Positions 34,579-44,251 of a stretch of DNA of 55,344 nt are shown piece by piece. The stretch is taken from the IMG/VR virus record IMGVR_UViG_3300020042_009027, positions 1 through 55,344 of that record. One strand, 5' to 3'. Position numbers and translations under genes: made by a program. Below the pieces are notes generated by a model. It did no database searches. It worked only from the letters and a program-made list of their open reading frames with translations, and was not told the DNA's origin. Source of the DNA: a virus (Duplodnaviria > Caudoviricetes). Numbering within the stretch: position 1 is the stretch's first letter; each line of letters opens with the position of its first letter.

Positions 34579-36363
34579 ATGAAAAAGAAAATACTAAAAA
34601 ACGTCGTCTACGCAGTAGACTTTGAAACGTATTACGATGACGAATGCTCTGTCTCCAGTCTCTCCTACCAAGGATACTTTACCCACCCCCTGTTCAATGC
34701 CTATCTGGTATCTGTTGTCGGTGAGGACTTTACCTACGTCGGCGCACCAGAGAAATTTGACTGGGCAATACTTGAGGGCAGCACTGTAATCTCGCACAAC
34801 GCCGTCTTCGACGAAGGACTCTACTTGTTTGGGGTAAGTAAAGGCTGGTATCCCGCATGCAACATTGCTGCGTGGCATTGTTCCGCCGACATGGTATCCT
34901 ATCTCGGCTTGCCGCGTAGCTTAAAAGAAGCCGCTGCAACTGTGCTCAACCTCGAACTAATCAAAACTGTTCGGGATAACATGAAGGGTAAGACTTGGGC
35001 CGCAATGACTCCAGATTTCAAACAAGAGGTAATCGACTATGCTGAAGCCGATGCCCGAACGTGTTTAGCCTTGTGGGAAACGCTGTCCCCCTCTTGGCCG
35101 ATACATGAGCGTGAGATAAGTGCACTCAATAGGCGCATCACCCAACGGGGTTTGCCGTTGAATGTAAGCAAGCTAGAGCACAGCTTGTCTCATTTGAAAA
35201 CATTGCTTTTTGAATCGGAGCAAATGATTCCTTGGATCGAAGAAGCAAGACCCCTATCGCGCAAAGCATTCAACAACCAATGCAGGGTGCAAGGTATTGT
35301 TCCTCCCGCATCGCTTGCGCAAGACAACCCTGACACTGAGTTATGGTTTGCAGAACACTCCGAAACATGTGGGTGGGCAAGAGCGGTGAGCAACTATCGG
35401 CGCATCAACATGCTCCTCAAGAAATTTGAGTCGCTTGAGCAGGGCACCAGTGCTGACGGTAGGTATTACGGTAACCTGCTCTACTGCGGGGCCAACCCTA
35501 CGGCGCGGTTCACTGGCAAAGGGGGCAATCTCAACCTGCAAAACCTGCCTCGGGAAGAGATGTTTGGCACCAACCTGCGGGCTACTATCGAGGCGCGTAA
35601 AGGCTACAAGCTCATCGTAGCTGACTACTCGCAAATCGAAGTGCGCACACTTTGCTTTAATGCGAATGACGTGAAAGCCCTAGAGCTGATCCGAAAGTCC
35701 AAAGACATCTATCACGCTTTCGCTGTGTTGTTCGGGTTGCATGACCCCAACAATGGGGAACTCAAAGATTACGATGCCGAGCTTAGGCGCAAGGTAAAGG
35801 GCATCACTCTTGGTTGCGGCTTTGGGATGGGTGCTGCAAAGTTTGCAGCGACTGCGGGAGTCGGCTATGACGAAGCCTTAGAATCCATAAACCTGTATAG
35901 GCAACGCCTACCCACAGTCCCTAAGCATTGGCGTAACCTAGATAGCGATTTAGCCGCAGCCTGTGCAATCGGTGTCCCGTTCGAGATCGTCCTACCTTCA
36001 GGTCGCACCATGCGCTACGGGAAGATCAGCAAAAAACGGGATACTAAAGGGAAGTTCCGCTACGTAGGGAAAATCTATCGGGGCGGTAGGCAATGTGATT
36101 TCCCTCTATGGGGAGGGACGTTAGCGGAAAACTGCGCCCAAGCGGTTGCCCGTGACATCCTAGTTGACACACTGCTTCGCGTGGAAAATGCAGGTCTCCG
36201 CACAATCTTGCATGTGCACGATGAAATTGTTTGCGAAGTCGAAGAAAAAGACGCAGAAAAAGCGATGCAGACAATACTCAAGATAATGTCCACTCCCCCA
36301 AAATGGATACCCGACATCCCCCTATCCGCAGAAGCACATATCTGCACCCATTACCAAAAATAA
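34579..36363 (+). CDS. polA: Family A DNA polymerase with 3'-5' exonuclease domain
   Basis: Exo DFET, HNAVFD and YAEAD; NLQNLP; motif A ADYSQIE; motif B R...K...LG..FG; motif C VHDEI. Confidence 0.95.
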   Translation: MKKKILKNVVYAVDFETYYDDECSVSSLSYQGYFTHPLFNAYLVSVVGEDFTYVGAPEKFDWAILEGSTVISHNAVFDEGLYLFGVSKGWYPACNIAAWHCSADMVSYLGLPRSLKEAAATVLNLELIKTVRDNMKGKTWAAMTPDFKQEVIDYAEADARTCLALWETLSPSWPIHEREISALNRRITQRGLPLNVSKLEHSLSHLKTLLFESEQMIPWIEEARPLSRKAFNNQCRVQGIVPPASLAQDNPDTELWFAEHSETCGWARAVSNYRRINMLLKKFESLEQGTSADGRYYGNLLYCGANPTARFTGKGGNLNLQNLPREEMFGTNLRATIEARKGYKLIVADYSQIEVRTLCFNANDVKALELIRKSKDIYHAFAVLFGLHDPNNGELKDYDAELRRKVKGITLGCGFGMGAAKFAATAGVGYDEALESINLYRQRLPTVPKHWRNLDSDLAAACAIGVPFEIVLPSGRTMRYGKISKKRDTKGKFRYVGKIYRGGRQCDFPLWGGTLAENCAQAVARDILVDTLLRVENAGLRTILHVHDEIVCEVEEKDAEKAMQTILKIMSTPPKWIPDIPLSAEAHICTHYQK

Positions 36364-36367
36364 TACA

Positions 36368-38527
36368 ATGAAATACCACTATATCGAGAATCATCGAGCC
36401 GTTGCCACGATAACGTGTGACGATGTGTCGACACTCATCTTCAAGACGCCAACATTCAACACCAAAGCCGAACGCAGAGAATGGGATGCCGATGCCAATA
36501 CCAAACACTGCTACTACTCTTTGTGCGAGGGTGATAACCCTACTGCGAGGGTGAGCGCAGACAACCCAGTAAACTTGATCCACGGTTTTGTTGCTGACTA
36601 TGACGCGCCATTTGATTGGGCGAACGTAGACTCCCTGATGGTTTCAAAGTTCAAAGACTCCCCGCCCCCGACGTGGAGGAGCCGCACTCCGTCAGGCTAC
36701 ATCCGTTTGGTCTGGGAGTTCGATGAGCCTATCCCAGTGACCCCCGCTGTTGCCGACGCATTCATGAAGCGTCTCTCCGACGCACTCCGTGCTTCATTAC
36801 TGTTCGCAGGGTTCGACCGAGCAAGCCTCAAGACTACGCAATACTTTTCAATAGGAGAAGACTGGGTGCGGGTAGCTCCTCCTCTCTCTGTGGTCGTTGG
36901 GCAACTGGCATTGTTCAAGGCGGCAAACGACACACCGATTAAGTCAGGCGATACCAATATCCCTATTGAAGACATTGCTGCAGAAGTAGCCACACGCTTC
37001 CCGAACAAATGGAAGTCCGACTTTATCGTCGGGGCTAGGGGGCCATTATTCTGGATCGATGATGGCATTACTCGGGATGGTTGCCAAGTTAGGGAAGACG
37101 GTATGCTTTGCTACTCTGACCGCGCAGGCAAAGGGTTTGTTTCGTGGCGTGAAATTCTCGGCAAGAAATTTGTTTCCGCACACGAGCAAAAGAAAATCTC
37201 TTCGGTGATTGGGAGCTTCTGGTTCAATGGTAAGAGCTTCTACAAGTTGCTGAACAACACCCCTGTTACCATACCGAAAGAGCAGCTGATACTTGAGCTT
37301 AGGAGGCTTGGGTTCAGCGCAAAATTCAGCAAGAACCAACCGCTGTCGGAAGTCGAGCAAGCGATACTTGCTATCTCCAACGACTGTCGAGTGGATGAGA
37401 TCGCCCCTGTTGTGTTTTCGCGACAACGAGTTGTTGAGTATAATGGTTGCCGTGTTTTGAATAACTGCAAAGCAGTCCCTGTGAGTGCTGCTCCTGATGG
37501 CGACGAAAAGTTGTGGCCTTGGCTGCACTCATTTCTCATGCCTTTCTTCGCTAAGGATGACGAAGACCGCGAGACCCTACCCTACTTCCTTGCATGGTTC
37601 CAACGTCTGTATGCGGCAGTCTTGAATTGTCGTCTCGACCAAGGGCAACTGCTTATCCTGCTCGGGCCTACTGGGCACGGTAAGACTTTGTTGACCAACG
37701 CTATCGTCGCACAAGCTGTTGGCGGTTTGGGTGACGCAAGCGCATACCTTGCAGGCGACACAAGCTTCAACCGAGATTTGTGTGGCAAAGCTGCATGGGT
37801 CGTCGATGACCAAACAGCAGCTTCAACTTATGCCGACCAACGCAAATTCGTAGAGCTCACCAAGCGTTGCGTAGCGAATCCGCGTATCGAGTATCATGCC
37901 AAGTATGCGGATGCGGTAACGCTCCCGTGGGCTGGGCGGGTTATGATGTCCCTCAACCTTGATGCCAACTCTTTGGCGGCACTCCCAACCCTCGACAGCA
38001 GCAACCGCGACAAGGTGATTGCCCTGCGAGTAGGAGCAAAGACCAAAGCCAAGTTCGGGACTAATGCAGAGACAGAGGAAACAATTGCTCGGGAGCTCCC
38101 CCACTTCTTGAGGTGGCTGCTTGACTGGGTTCCTCCTAGTCATGTTGTAGATAGTAGCCGTTTCGGTGTAGCCACTTACGTTGACCCGTTCATTGAAGCA
38201 GCGGCGTATGACAACAGCTCACGTTCCGCGATTGCTGAGATGGTTGAGTTCTTCGCCAAGAAGGTAAGAGAACTGATGCACGAAACCCACTGGCGTGGAA
38301 CTCTTACTGAGTTCCAAGTTGCCTTGCATGAGTGCAATGGGGGTAGGAGCGTAGGCAACAGCAACAACCTTGAATTTGTCCGACGAGGATTTACCGTCAT
38401 GGAAGAAGTCTCATTACACAATAAGAGCGTTCGCCCTATTCGGAGTAAGGGGCACGGAGGTGGGAAGATTTGGGACATCAACTTGTCGAACACCTACGAC
38501 ATCGACAAGGGGGATGCGTTCAGCTAA
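36368..38527 (+). CDS. Primase-helicase (AEP/RepB-like N-domain, SF3/DUF5906-like P-loop C-domain)
   Basis: ADYD and RTPSG..RLVW motifs; Walker A GPTGHGKT; SFN; Walker B WVVDD. Confidence 0.85.
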   Translation: MKYHYIENHRAVATITCDDVSTLIFKTPTFNTKAERREWDADANTKHCYYSLCEGDNPTARVSADNPVNLIHGFVADYDAPFDWANVDSLMVSKFKDSPPPTWRSRTPSGYIRLVWEFDEPIPVTPAVADAFMKRLSDALRASLLFAGFDRASLKTTQYFSIGEDWVRVAPPLSVVVGQLALFKAANDTPIKSGDTNIPIEDIAAEVATRFPNKWKSDFIVGARGPLFWIDDGITRDGCQVREDGMLCYSDRAGKGFVSWREILGKKFVSAHEQKKISSVIGSFWFNGKSFYKLLNNTPVTIPKEQLILELRRLGFSAKFSKNQPLSEVEQAILAISNDCRVDEIAPVVFSRQRVVEYNGCRVLNNCKAVPVSAAPDGDEKLWPWLHSFLMPFFAKDDEDRETLPYFLAWFQRLYAAVLNCRLDQGQLLILLGPTGHGKTLLTNAIVAQAVGGLGDASAYLAGDTSFNRDLCGKAAWVVDDQTAASTYADQRKFVELTKRCVANPRIEYHAKYADAVTLPWAGRVMMSLNLDANSLAALPTLDSSNRDKVIALRVGAKTKAKFGTNAETEETIARELPHFLRWLLDWVPPSHVVDSSRFGVATYVDPFIEAAAYDNSSRSAIAEMVEFFAKKVRELMHETHWRGTLTEFQVALHECNGGRSVGNSNNLEFVRRGFTVMEEVSLHNKSVRPIRSKGHGGGKIWDINLSNTYDIDKGDAFS

Positions 38528-39029
38528 CCAACTCCTCAGGCGCGTTAAGCATGCGGAGGGGTATTGTGAACTCAGGAGATTGAACCACCCGTTTATCGTG
38601 GGGGTTGATGGAGCCCTCGGGGGTGAAGTCAGCCTTCCCCGCAAAATCTTCCGCAGATAGCCAACCGACGAGATAAGCTGAACGCAATGTTCGGCACGCA
38701 CGCACGAAAAAATACGCATCGCACTTTGTTGCGAGAAACTCTCGTTCACATTCTTTATAGTATGCCCGAGCAAGATGGTGTTTTCGGGGCGTGAGCACCA
38801 TGCACGTAGTCTTTACGTCAACCCGCAACCCTGAGGGGGTTACGATGTCATAAAAGCGGTTTGTAGAGCCGACCCGTTTCCCACCAAGAAACCTGTATGC
38901 TAAAATTTCACCCAACATTCCAATAGCGTTCCCTCTTCCTTTGGTGAGGGAGTTCTTCAAGGCACCCATCTCCTTCGCTTCCTTTCGGGCTAAGGCACGC
39001 GTATAGGCAGAGGTCTCAATATGGATCAT
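38520..39029 (-). CDS. PD-(D/E)xK restriction-like endonuclease
   Basis: G.LGE, YDI, VDVKT, CDAYFFV and LVGW motifs. Confidence 0.7.
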   Translation of the reverse strand: MIHIETSAYTRALARKEAKEMGALKNSLTKGRGNAIGMLGEILAYRFLGGKRVGSTNRFYDIVTPSGLRVDVKTTCMVLTPRKHHLARAYYKECEREFLATKCDAYFFVRACRTLRSAYLVGWLSAEDFAGKADFTPEGSINPHDKRVVQSPEFTIPLRMLNAPEELVS

Positions 39030-40300
39030 AGAACAGTTGGGATAAGCGACCTACCCCCTGTCCCGTATGGATCAAAGTTAAGGCGGGGCATAGCAGCACC
39101 TCGTGTCGATGCTGCCTCTTCTTCGAGGAGCATGACGCACTTGTTCCAATGGTATTCAGCGCGTTCGATGTCAGCACCGTCTTCCGCAATCCGAGCAAGC
39201 AACCCATGCTTGAGTGCCCCAATGTTATTCACGTAGACGATGTCTGTGCCGTCAACAAGCGGGACGAACGCACGCTTGCAAAGGACATGCACAATCGTGG
39301 AACCGTCAACCGATCGGTTGAGCCTGTAGCGACGATACCGAGTAACTCCCGACCCTTTGCTCAAAGAAGCGACTGCCGTTTCTGGGTCGGTCGGGTCAGT
39401 GCGGAGTTCAAAGTTGTCAGGCAAACTAGCATACTGGATTGAGTCAATCGAGGTGATGCCGTCCTTAAAGATGAGCGCAGGATAAGCAACGATGGTGAGG
39501 TTCGCGGTAGAAATGTAACCGTTAAAACTTACAGGCGTGAAAGGACCTGCAGTAGTTATCACTCCGTTCTGACCATTAACACCTGTCCATTTGAATTGGG
39601 TGGGGGTTCGGCTAGCGTCGTAATCGTAAAAATTCCACGTATACGTGACTGCGGGCCCCTCTACAAGTTGCGCAGTGAAGTAGGGAACGGGTGATGCAGA
39701 AGTAGGAGTGTCGCCGTTTCCTGTAGTTGTGTATAGGATACCTGCTGCTGTTGCGGTAGCTAACTGGAGCAACGGGGCACTCCCGTAGGGGGATGTGACC
39801 CAATAGGAAAGCAACCCACCAGTTGTTGTGGCATAGCGGGTAGTAGTGCCGTCGTTCCCACGAACGGAAACGCTATACGCACCAGCGAGGTTGAAGACTG
39901 TGCCTGCCACACTATCAGTTGCAGGCACAATGAATAGGCTGTGGATCGTATCTGTGATTTGGCGATAGGTCGGCCAGAATCCTGCATCGATTAGACCAAA
40001 CGCAAAACCTGCGTCAGTATTCATGCCGACGTTTTTGAAGTCATGCCACAAAGAGCGCACAGGAGTGGGGTTCCCGTCGACCATAACGAACAACACTGCA
40101 TCCGCGTTGTCGGGCAAAGCGACACACCCGTCCACAACAGGCAACGAAAATTGCACAGTCAAGTCACGGTAAGCAGACATGTTGTGCATCCTAGCAAGGA
40201 CTTGATTCAGGCTCGCCAGAAAACTAGCCGACGGAGTAGCTGACGGCTCAATATAAGAACCGAGTATGGAAGTTAATTGTGTGACAGTAGTCGCTGACAT
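39026..40300 (-). CDS. Virion structural protein, probable tail adaptor/tubular protein with an inserted Thr/Gly-rich beta domain
   Basis: Helical N- and C-termini (LNQVLARM; ALKHGLLA...AEYHW) around a beta-rich core; has its own promoter. Confidence 0.5.
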   Translation of the reverse strand: MSATTVTQLTSILGSYIEPSATPSASFLASLNQVLARMHNMSAYRDLTVQFSLPVVDGCVALPDNADAVLFVMVDGNPTPVRSLWHDFKNVGMNTDAGFAFGLIDAGFWPTYRQITDTIHSLFIVPATDSVAGTVFNLAGAYSVSVRGNDGTTTRYATTTGGLLSYWVTSPYGSAPLLQLATATAAGILYTTTGNGDTPTSASPVPYFTAQLVEGPAVTYTWNFYDYDASRTPTQFKWTGVNGQNGVITTAGPFTPVSFNGYISTANLTIVAYPALIFKDGITSIDSIQYASLPDNFELRTDPTDPETAVASLSKGSGVTRYRRYRLNRSVDGSTIVHVLCKRAFVPLVDGTDIVYVNNIGALKHGLLARIAEDGADIERAEYHWNKCVMLLEEEAASTRGAAMPRLNFDPYGTGGRSLIPTVL

Positions 40301-40311
40301 TGTGTGTTGTC

Positions 40312-40340
40312 AAGATACGCAATTTGCCCCCATAAGTCAA
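40312..40340 (-). promoter_or_regulatory. Candidate sigma70 promoter TTGACT-17-TATCTT
   Basis: Intergenic, 11 nt before ATG 40300. Confidence 0.7.
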
Positions 40341-40357
40341 TAGGAACGCTCTATTAT

Positions 40358-40960
40358 TTACTCATGTAGGAATTTGTGGGGCCAGATCGTCGTGGAAGCT
40401 GGGTTATTGGTAACGATTTGCTTACAATTAAGAACCCGCCACCACTCTTCAAGGTAGGGGCGCACGTTGTCCTCTTGCCTATCGAGGTCAAACTTCATCT
40501 CACGGCTTGTCTGTGGGATCGCTCTTTCCCCTATGAAAGAGAGGACGTTCGCCCTATTGCTGTCGCACAATGTTGGAACACCCCCAGAAGTTTCCTGCAT
40601 AGCTTTGCTGAGTTTCTCGTAAAAGTCCTTATCTGGAATCAACGCGCCATAATGCGAGCGGTAGATGACTCCGAGTTCCTGTCTCTCAATCTTAGGCAAT
40701 TCCATTGCTGCAAATATACGCCTTACGTTTTCGCGATACTTGCTTTCATCAACCTTGAAATCAATTATGAAACCATAGCGATAACCCGCGTCAGAGTTCG
40801 TCATCTTCAACCCTTCAATACCCTTTGGGAATACTGATTCAAAATAGCATGGGCACTCTACCCCATTTGCCCAATCAATTTCTGGGACCACATCAGTGGA
40901 CATACATTTTGCCAGCATCAATACCCGCGAGCCAAGACCATTTAATAGTGCTACTTTCAT
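40358..40960 (-). CDS. Glycosyltransferase-like protein (GT-B fucosyltransferase clan: GT11/NodZ/O-FucT-like)
   Basis: NGLGSRV (cf. GGLGNR), GVIYRS (cf. GVHxR), LCDS and L.C..IV...ST..W motifs. Confidence 0.55.
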   Translation of the reverse strand: MKVALLNGLGSRVLMLAKCMSTDVVPEIDWANGVECPCYFESVFPKGIEGLKMTNSDAGYRYGFIIDFKVDESKYRENVRRIFAAMELPKIERQELGVIYRSHYGALIPDKDFYEKLSKAMQETSGGVPTLCDSNRANVLSFIGERAIPQTSREMKFDLDRQEDNVRPYLEEWWRVLNCKQIVTNNPASTTIWPHKFLHE

Positions 40961-40961
40961 G

Positions 40962-41654
40962 CTATGAGAGGAAGGTCACAGTGTCTGTATCCAGACCACC
41001 TTCAGCGGTGGGTTTTGTCTCACCAGACGTGAATTTACCAATGTAAAGACCGTGACGGAAAACAAGAAAATGGTGATTGTTGTAAGGATTTGATATAGTG
41101 CCTCCCGATATAGTATCCTCCTTGACTTTGAGGTCGAGGTTGCCCCCACGATGGCGCAAATAGATATGGCTCCCAGCAAGGTGCATCACAAGATGTGGTG
41201 GGACGCCGCCAGCTTCTGGGACGTATTGCGCAATCTTAAACCAGAACTCCCCATCTGCGAGAGTCTTAGGGTTAGGGTTGAAGGACAGCTTGTCTGCTGA
41301 ATCGGTTATCAGTGTCTGAGTTTCGCAAACCCCATTAGAATCGATAACGCATTTGATGTAGATGTAGTGCCCTTCTTGTATCGCCACGATAGCTCTGTCA
41401 CCCCCGATAGTTCCAATCCCTGTCGGGTAATACTTGTTAAGGCAATCAGCATTGGTGAAGCCCCCTTCCATATCGACAACAAAGCCATCAGTAATAACGA
41501 ACTCGTTATCTCCCACTAAGGTAGGCCAGAAAGGAGGCACAGTGTCTTTTTCCCTCGGCACCCCTTGCAGGGTTTTGAGGTTCTCGTCGCCGTTACTCTC
41601 CCGTAACAGCGTCCCTACCCGCGCGCCAAAAGTATACTCATCTGGGATTGCCAT
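40962..41654 (-). CDS. Probable virion/tail-associated protein
   Basis: Beta-rich ORF in the morphogenesis operon. Confidence 0.5.
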   Translation of the reverse strand: MAIPDEYTFGARVGTLLRESNGDENLKTLQGVPREKDTVPPFWPTLVGDNEFVITDGFVVDMEGGFTNADCLNKYYPTGIGTIGGDRAIVAIQEGHYIYIKCVIDSNGVCETQTLITDSADKLSFNPNPKTLADGEFWFKIAQYVPEAGGVPPHLVMHLAGSHIYLRHRGGNLDLKVKEDTISGGTISNPYNNHHFLVFRHGLYIGKFTSGETKPTAEGGLDTDTVTFLS

Positions 41655-41659
41655 ATAGA

Positions 41660-43180
41660 TTAGGGTGGTGGTGCGGGTGTGGAAGCTGTTGCAGTAGCTG
41701 AATAAGTAGAACCCCGTGTTCCTCTATAGCTTCTTACTCGGTAGATGTATGTCGTTGATGCTACGACAGATGTGTCTGAGTAGGTCGTAGAATTAGCTGC
41801 AAGGGTAGCGATAAGTGCGAATGGTCCACTTCCTGTTTTGCGCTCAACTGCGAAACTCGTTTCGTCGGTGGCATCGCAAGTCCAAACGAGGTTGATATTG
41901 GTGCTGGTAGTCGCGGTAGCTGATACCATTATTGGTGCTACAGGTATAGTGGGTGTCCATGTCCCTGCCGCAGTTACTGTTGGAGTAGTCAGTGTTCTTG
42001 TAGTGCGCAAGAACCCACCTTTGTAGGGTTGCTGATCATCATCAATCAACATCGTGGCAGGCCATGTCGTGTAGTTGGTAGCTGGAAAAAGGCGACCTGA
42101 ATTAAAGTTCGCTTTGTAGACAGGGTCAGATGTCCCGATATCGCAGTGGAACTCAAAGGCTGTGTGAAGCGACTCAGGAATGTTGACCTCGAAAAAGGGA
42201 GCTGAGTAGTTTATCCTTGTTGGCTTCAACTGGATGGGTGTATCTAAAGTGAACGCTGTTTTACTCCAAGTGACGCCGACAGCAACAGAGCATGGCCCTC
42301 GGTATCCCTCTGGGTTGAATCGGATAGCTACTCGAATATCATCCCCACCTTCTCTCCGCGCCCAAGTCAAGAAGTCTACCTGTTCCAGAACAGGCGGTAA
42401 CGAATACTCAATGTTCGTAGTGTAGGCCATCACAGTTACGACGCTACCATTAACGGTTCCTGCCACTTGTTGCGCAGTGGTTATCACATACCAGTCGCAT
42501 GATAGCTGGCTACCTGTTACCAAGTCCCCATTAGTTTGCAGGCCCCAATACGCGTTGGTTGAATCTGTAAATAGTGCTGCTGCCGTGGTGCTCCCCGTAA
42601 CTACTTCAGTGGCGTAGTATACCACATCGGTTGCCGTAAGGGGTTTGCCATTGTTAGCGTCAACACCTATCGTGCGTATGCTGCATCTTTTGATGTAGGT
42701 GTGCACATCCGCGACATACAGCGAATCAAGAACCTGTTCCCCGATCCGCTGTTGGGCACGCTTAGCCAAAACGTAAGACCCAGTAAACAAACTGGCTGGG
42801 ACGTTGGGCATGGCAGCCCCTGCAAGGGGGGCAGCAGAAGAGAACGCAGACCTGAGAGTGACGTAGGTTCTTTCGACGGCGTTGAACTTAGTTCCGCCAA
42901 TGTCGGCTTGGGAAAACGCCCAGTTGTAGTTGTCTTGGCTAGAGCGATCTGCTGCGTAAAAGAACTCGTAAACATCATTGCGGTCAATGTCAACTGTCTT
43001 CACGTAAACCAGCTTATGGCTCGGCCATTTGGTTGTATCGGGGTGCGCGGTGCCGTAAGCAGGTATAGCGATTCGGTTGCAGTCACGAACTTCACTGAAC
43101 AAGACATCCCCGATTAGCGGGGTTGGAAATGTCCTGCGGTCCTGCCGATGCGGTGCTTGTGGTAGTGCTGACTGTGGCAT
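41660..43180 (-). CDS. Virion structural protein with a C-terminal fibronectin type III domain
   Basis: INLVW...ETSFAVER...YSDTSV..STTYIYRVRS...S.YS FN3 signature. Confidence 0.75.
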   Translation of the reverse strand: MPQSALPQAPHRQDRRTFPTPLIGDVLFSEVRDCNRIAIPAYGTAHPDTTKWPSHKLVYVKTVDIDRNDVYEFFYAADRSSQDNYNWAFSQADIGGTKFNAVERTYVTLRSAFSSAAPLAGAAMPNVPASLFTGSYVLAKRAQQRIGEQVLDSLYVADVHTYIKRCSIRTIGVDANNGKPLTATDVVYYATEVVTGSTTAAALFTDSTNAYWGLQTNGDLVTGSQLSCDWYVITTAQQVAGTVNGSVVTVMAYTTNIEYSLPPVLEQVDFLTWARREGGDDIRVAIRFNPEGYRGPCSVAVGVTWSKTAFTLDTPIQLKPTRINYSAPFFEVNIPESLHTAFEFHCDIGTSDPVYKANFNSGRLFPATNYTTWPATMLIDDDQQPYKGGFLRTTRTLTTPTVTAAGTWTPTIPVAPIMVSATATTSTNINLVWTCDATDETSFAVERKTGSGPFALIATLAANSTTYSDTSVVASTTYIYRVRSYRGTRGSTYSATATASTPAPPP

Positions 43181-43183
43181 AGG

Positions 43184-43438
43184 TTACTTCACTGATTTTT
43201 TCCCGCTACAGTTCCATTTTTTACGGCTCAAGTTGTTGGGCGTATTGGGGTCATTTTGCTTGGCTTCTGGCAAGCCCTTTTTAATGCCGTAGCTCCTAGC
43301 GCAATAAGAATCGCCTTTGGCTGTGTTGGGTCGAATACGATCACCGCCATCCGCAGCTTTACCTGCTTGCCCAAACTTTACGGTATTCTTCTTGCCTGTC
43401 TCAGGGTTAACAAAAACTTTTGTGAATCTTTTTTCCAT
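43184..43438 (-). CDS. Small basic conserved phage protein (DUF6321-like)
   Basis: SYCARS.G...DPNTPNNLSRKKWNC; ATG 43438. Confidence 0.6.
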   Translation of the reverse strand: MEKRFTKVFVNPETGKKNTVKFGQAGKAADGGDRIRPNTAKGDSYCARSYGIKKGLPEAKQNDPNTPNNLSRKKWNCSGKKSVK

Positions 43439-43439
43439 G

Positions 43440-43670
43440 TTATCGATATGTTGAGGTTTTCTTAGCGATTGCTTTTGGTTGCTTAACAAACTGTTTGCCT
43501 TGCGCGTTACCTTTTGCCTTAGCCGCATTCGTTGCTGCCTTCTCAGATGCGCTAAGCGACTTCCAAGCAGCGTCAGGCAAGTAGCGTTTCGTGCCCTTGC
43601 TAGGCTTGCCATCAGAGGTGCGCCACTTCTGATCTCCCCAAGCCTTCAGTGATTGTTGTGGGTCTTTCAT
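43440..43670 (-). CDS. DUF5872-like basic protein, C-terminal half
   Basis: QSLKAWGDQKW...RYLP..AWKSLS..EKAATN..K...GKQFV. Confidence 0.7.
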   Translation of the reverse strand: MKDPQQSLKAWGDQKWRTSDGKPSKGTKRYLPDAAWKSLSASEKAATNAAKAKGNAQGKQFVKQPKAIAKKTSTYR

Positions 43671-43861
43671 TTGTAGCCTCCTCCTTTTTTCTTATACTCA
43701 CTAGCAAGTAGTTGTGCTTTTCTGGCGCTCCATTCGTTGGGGTCTCCGCCTTTTGTCCCTGCTTTGATACGGTTAAACAGTGCCTTCCTCATGGAAGGCT
43801 CCGTGTAGTTGCCCGCAGCGTTGACCGTGGACTTGTTTTTCGTGATTGGTTTCTTCTCCAC
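43667..43861 (-). CDS. DUF5872-like basic protein, N-terminal half
   Basis: YTEP.MR...IKAGTKGG...WSARKAQLLA.EYKKKGGGY. Confidence 0.7.
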   Translation of the reverse strand: MEKKPITKNKSTVNAAGNYTEPSMRKALFNRIKAGTKGGDPNEWSARKAQLLASEYKKKGGGYK

Positions 43862-43866
43862 GGCGA

Positions 43867-43895
43867 AAACTAGCAGCTAATTGTGCCTGAGGCAA
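43867..43895 (-). promoter_or_regulatory. Candidate sigma70 promoter TTGCCT-17-TAGTTT (leaderless GTG start)
   Basis: -10 box is 5 nt before GTG 43861. Confidence 0.55.
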
Positions 43896-44014
43896 GAAAT
43901 TATTTAACAAACCAATCGGGAGCGCAACATCAATGCACGTTACCTGCCACAATCATGTGGCTGTGAAGCATGAAATCGCCGTCATCGCGCAGCACTCGCA
44001 TGGCGTATCCTAAG

Positions 44015-44251
44015 TCAATTCTCCACCGCTCGCCTGTAGTAATTTACATGTCGTCCATTAACGAGGATCTTGCGCTTGGTGATTTCCCCTTTAGCTAGCT
44101 TCCTCTGCATCATGCAGTGAACCACGCTGAGTTTTTGGTTTAGTTTTTCAGCAACCATTTCTGTGCTAAATTCATCATCATCAGGCTTAACTTCCTTAAA
44201 TTGGTCAACAATCCAGTCCATCCCGCTTACTTTTGGTATGATCTTTGCCAT
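44015..44251 (-). CDS. Small winged-helix-like protein
   Basis: FSTEMVAEKL...GEITKRK...NYYR pattern. Confidence 0.5.
   Translation of the reverse strand: MAKIIPKVSGMDWIVDQFKEVKPDDDEFSTEMVAEKLNQKLSVVHCMMQRKLAKGEITKRKILVNGRHVNYYRRAVEN

Noticed and set aside
34579-36363. Intron or intein in polA or terL, or alternative genetic code
   Set aside because: Core genes are uninterrupted and of ordinary length under the standard code, and TAA, TAG and TGA all act as stops at tight gene junctions.
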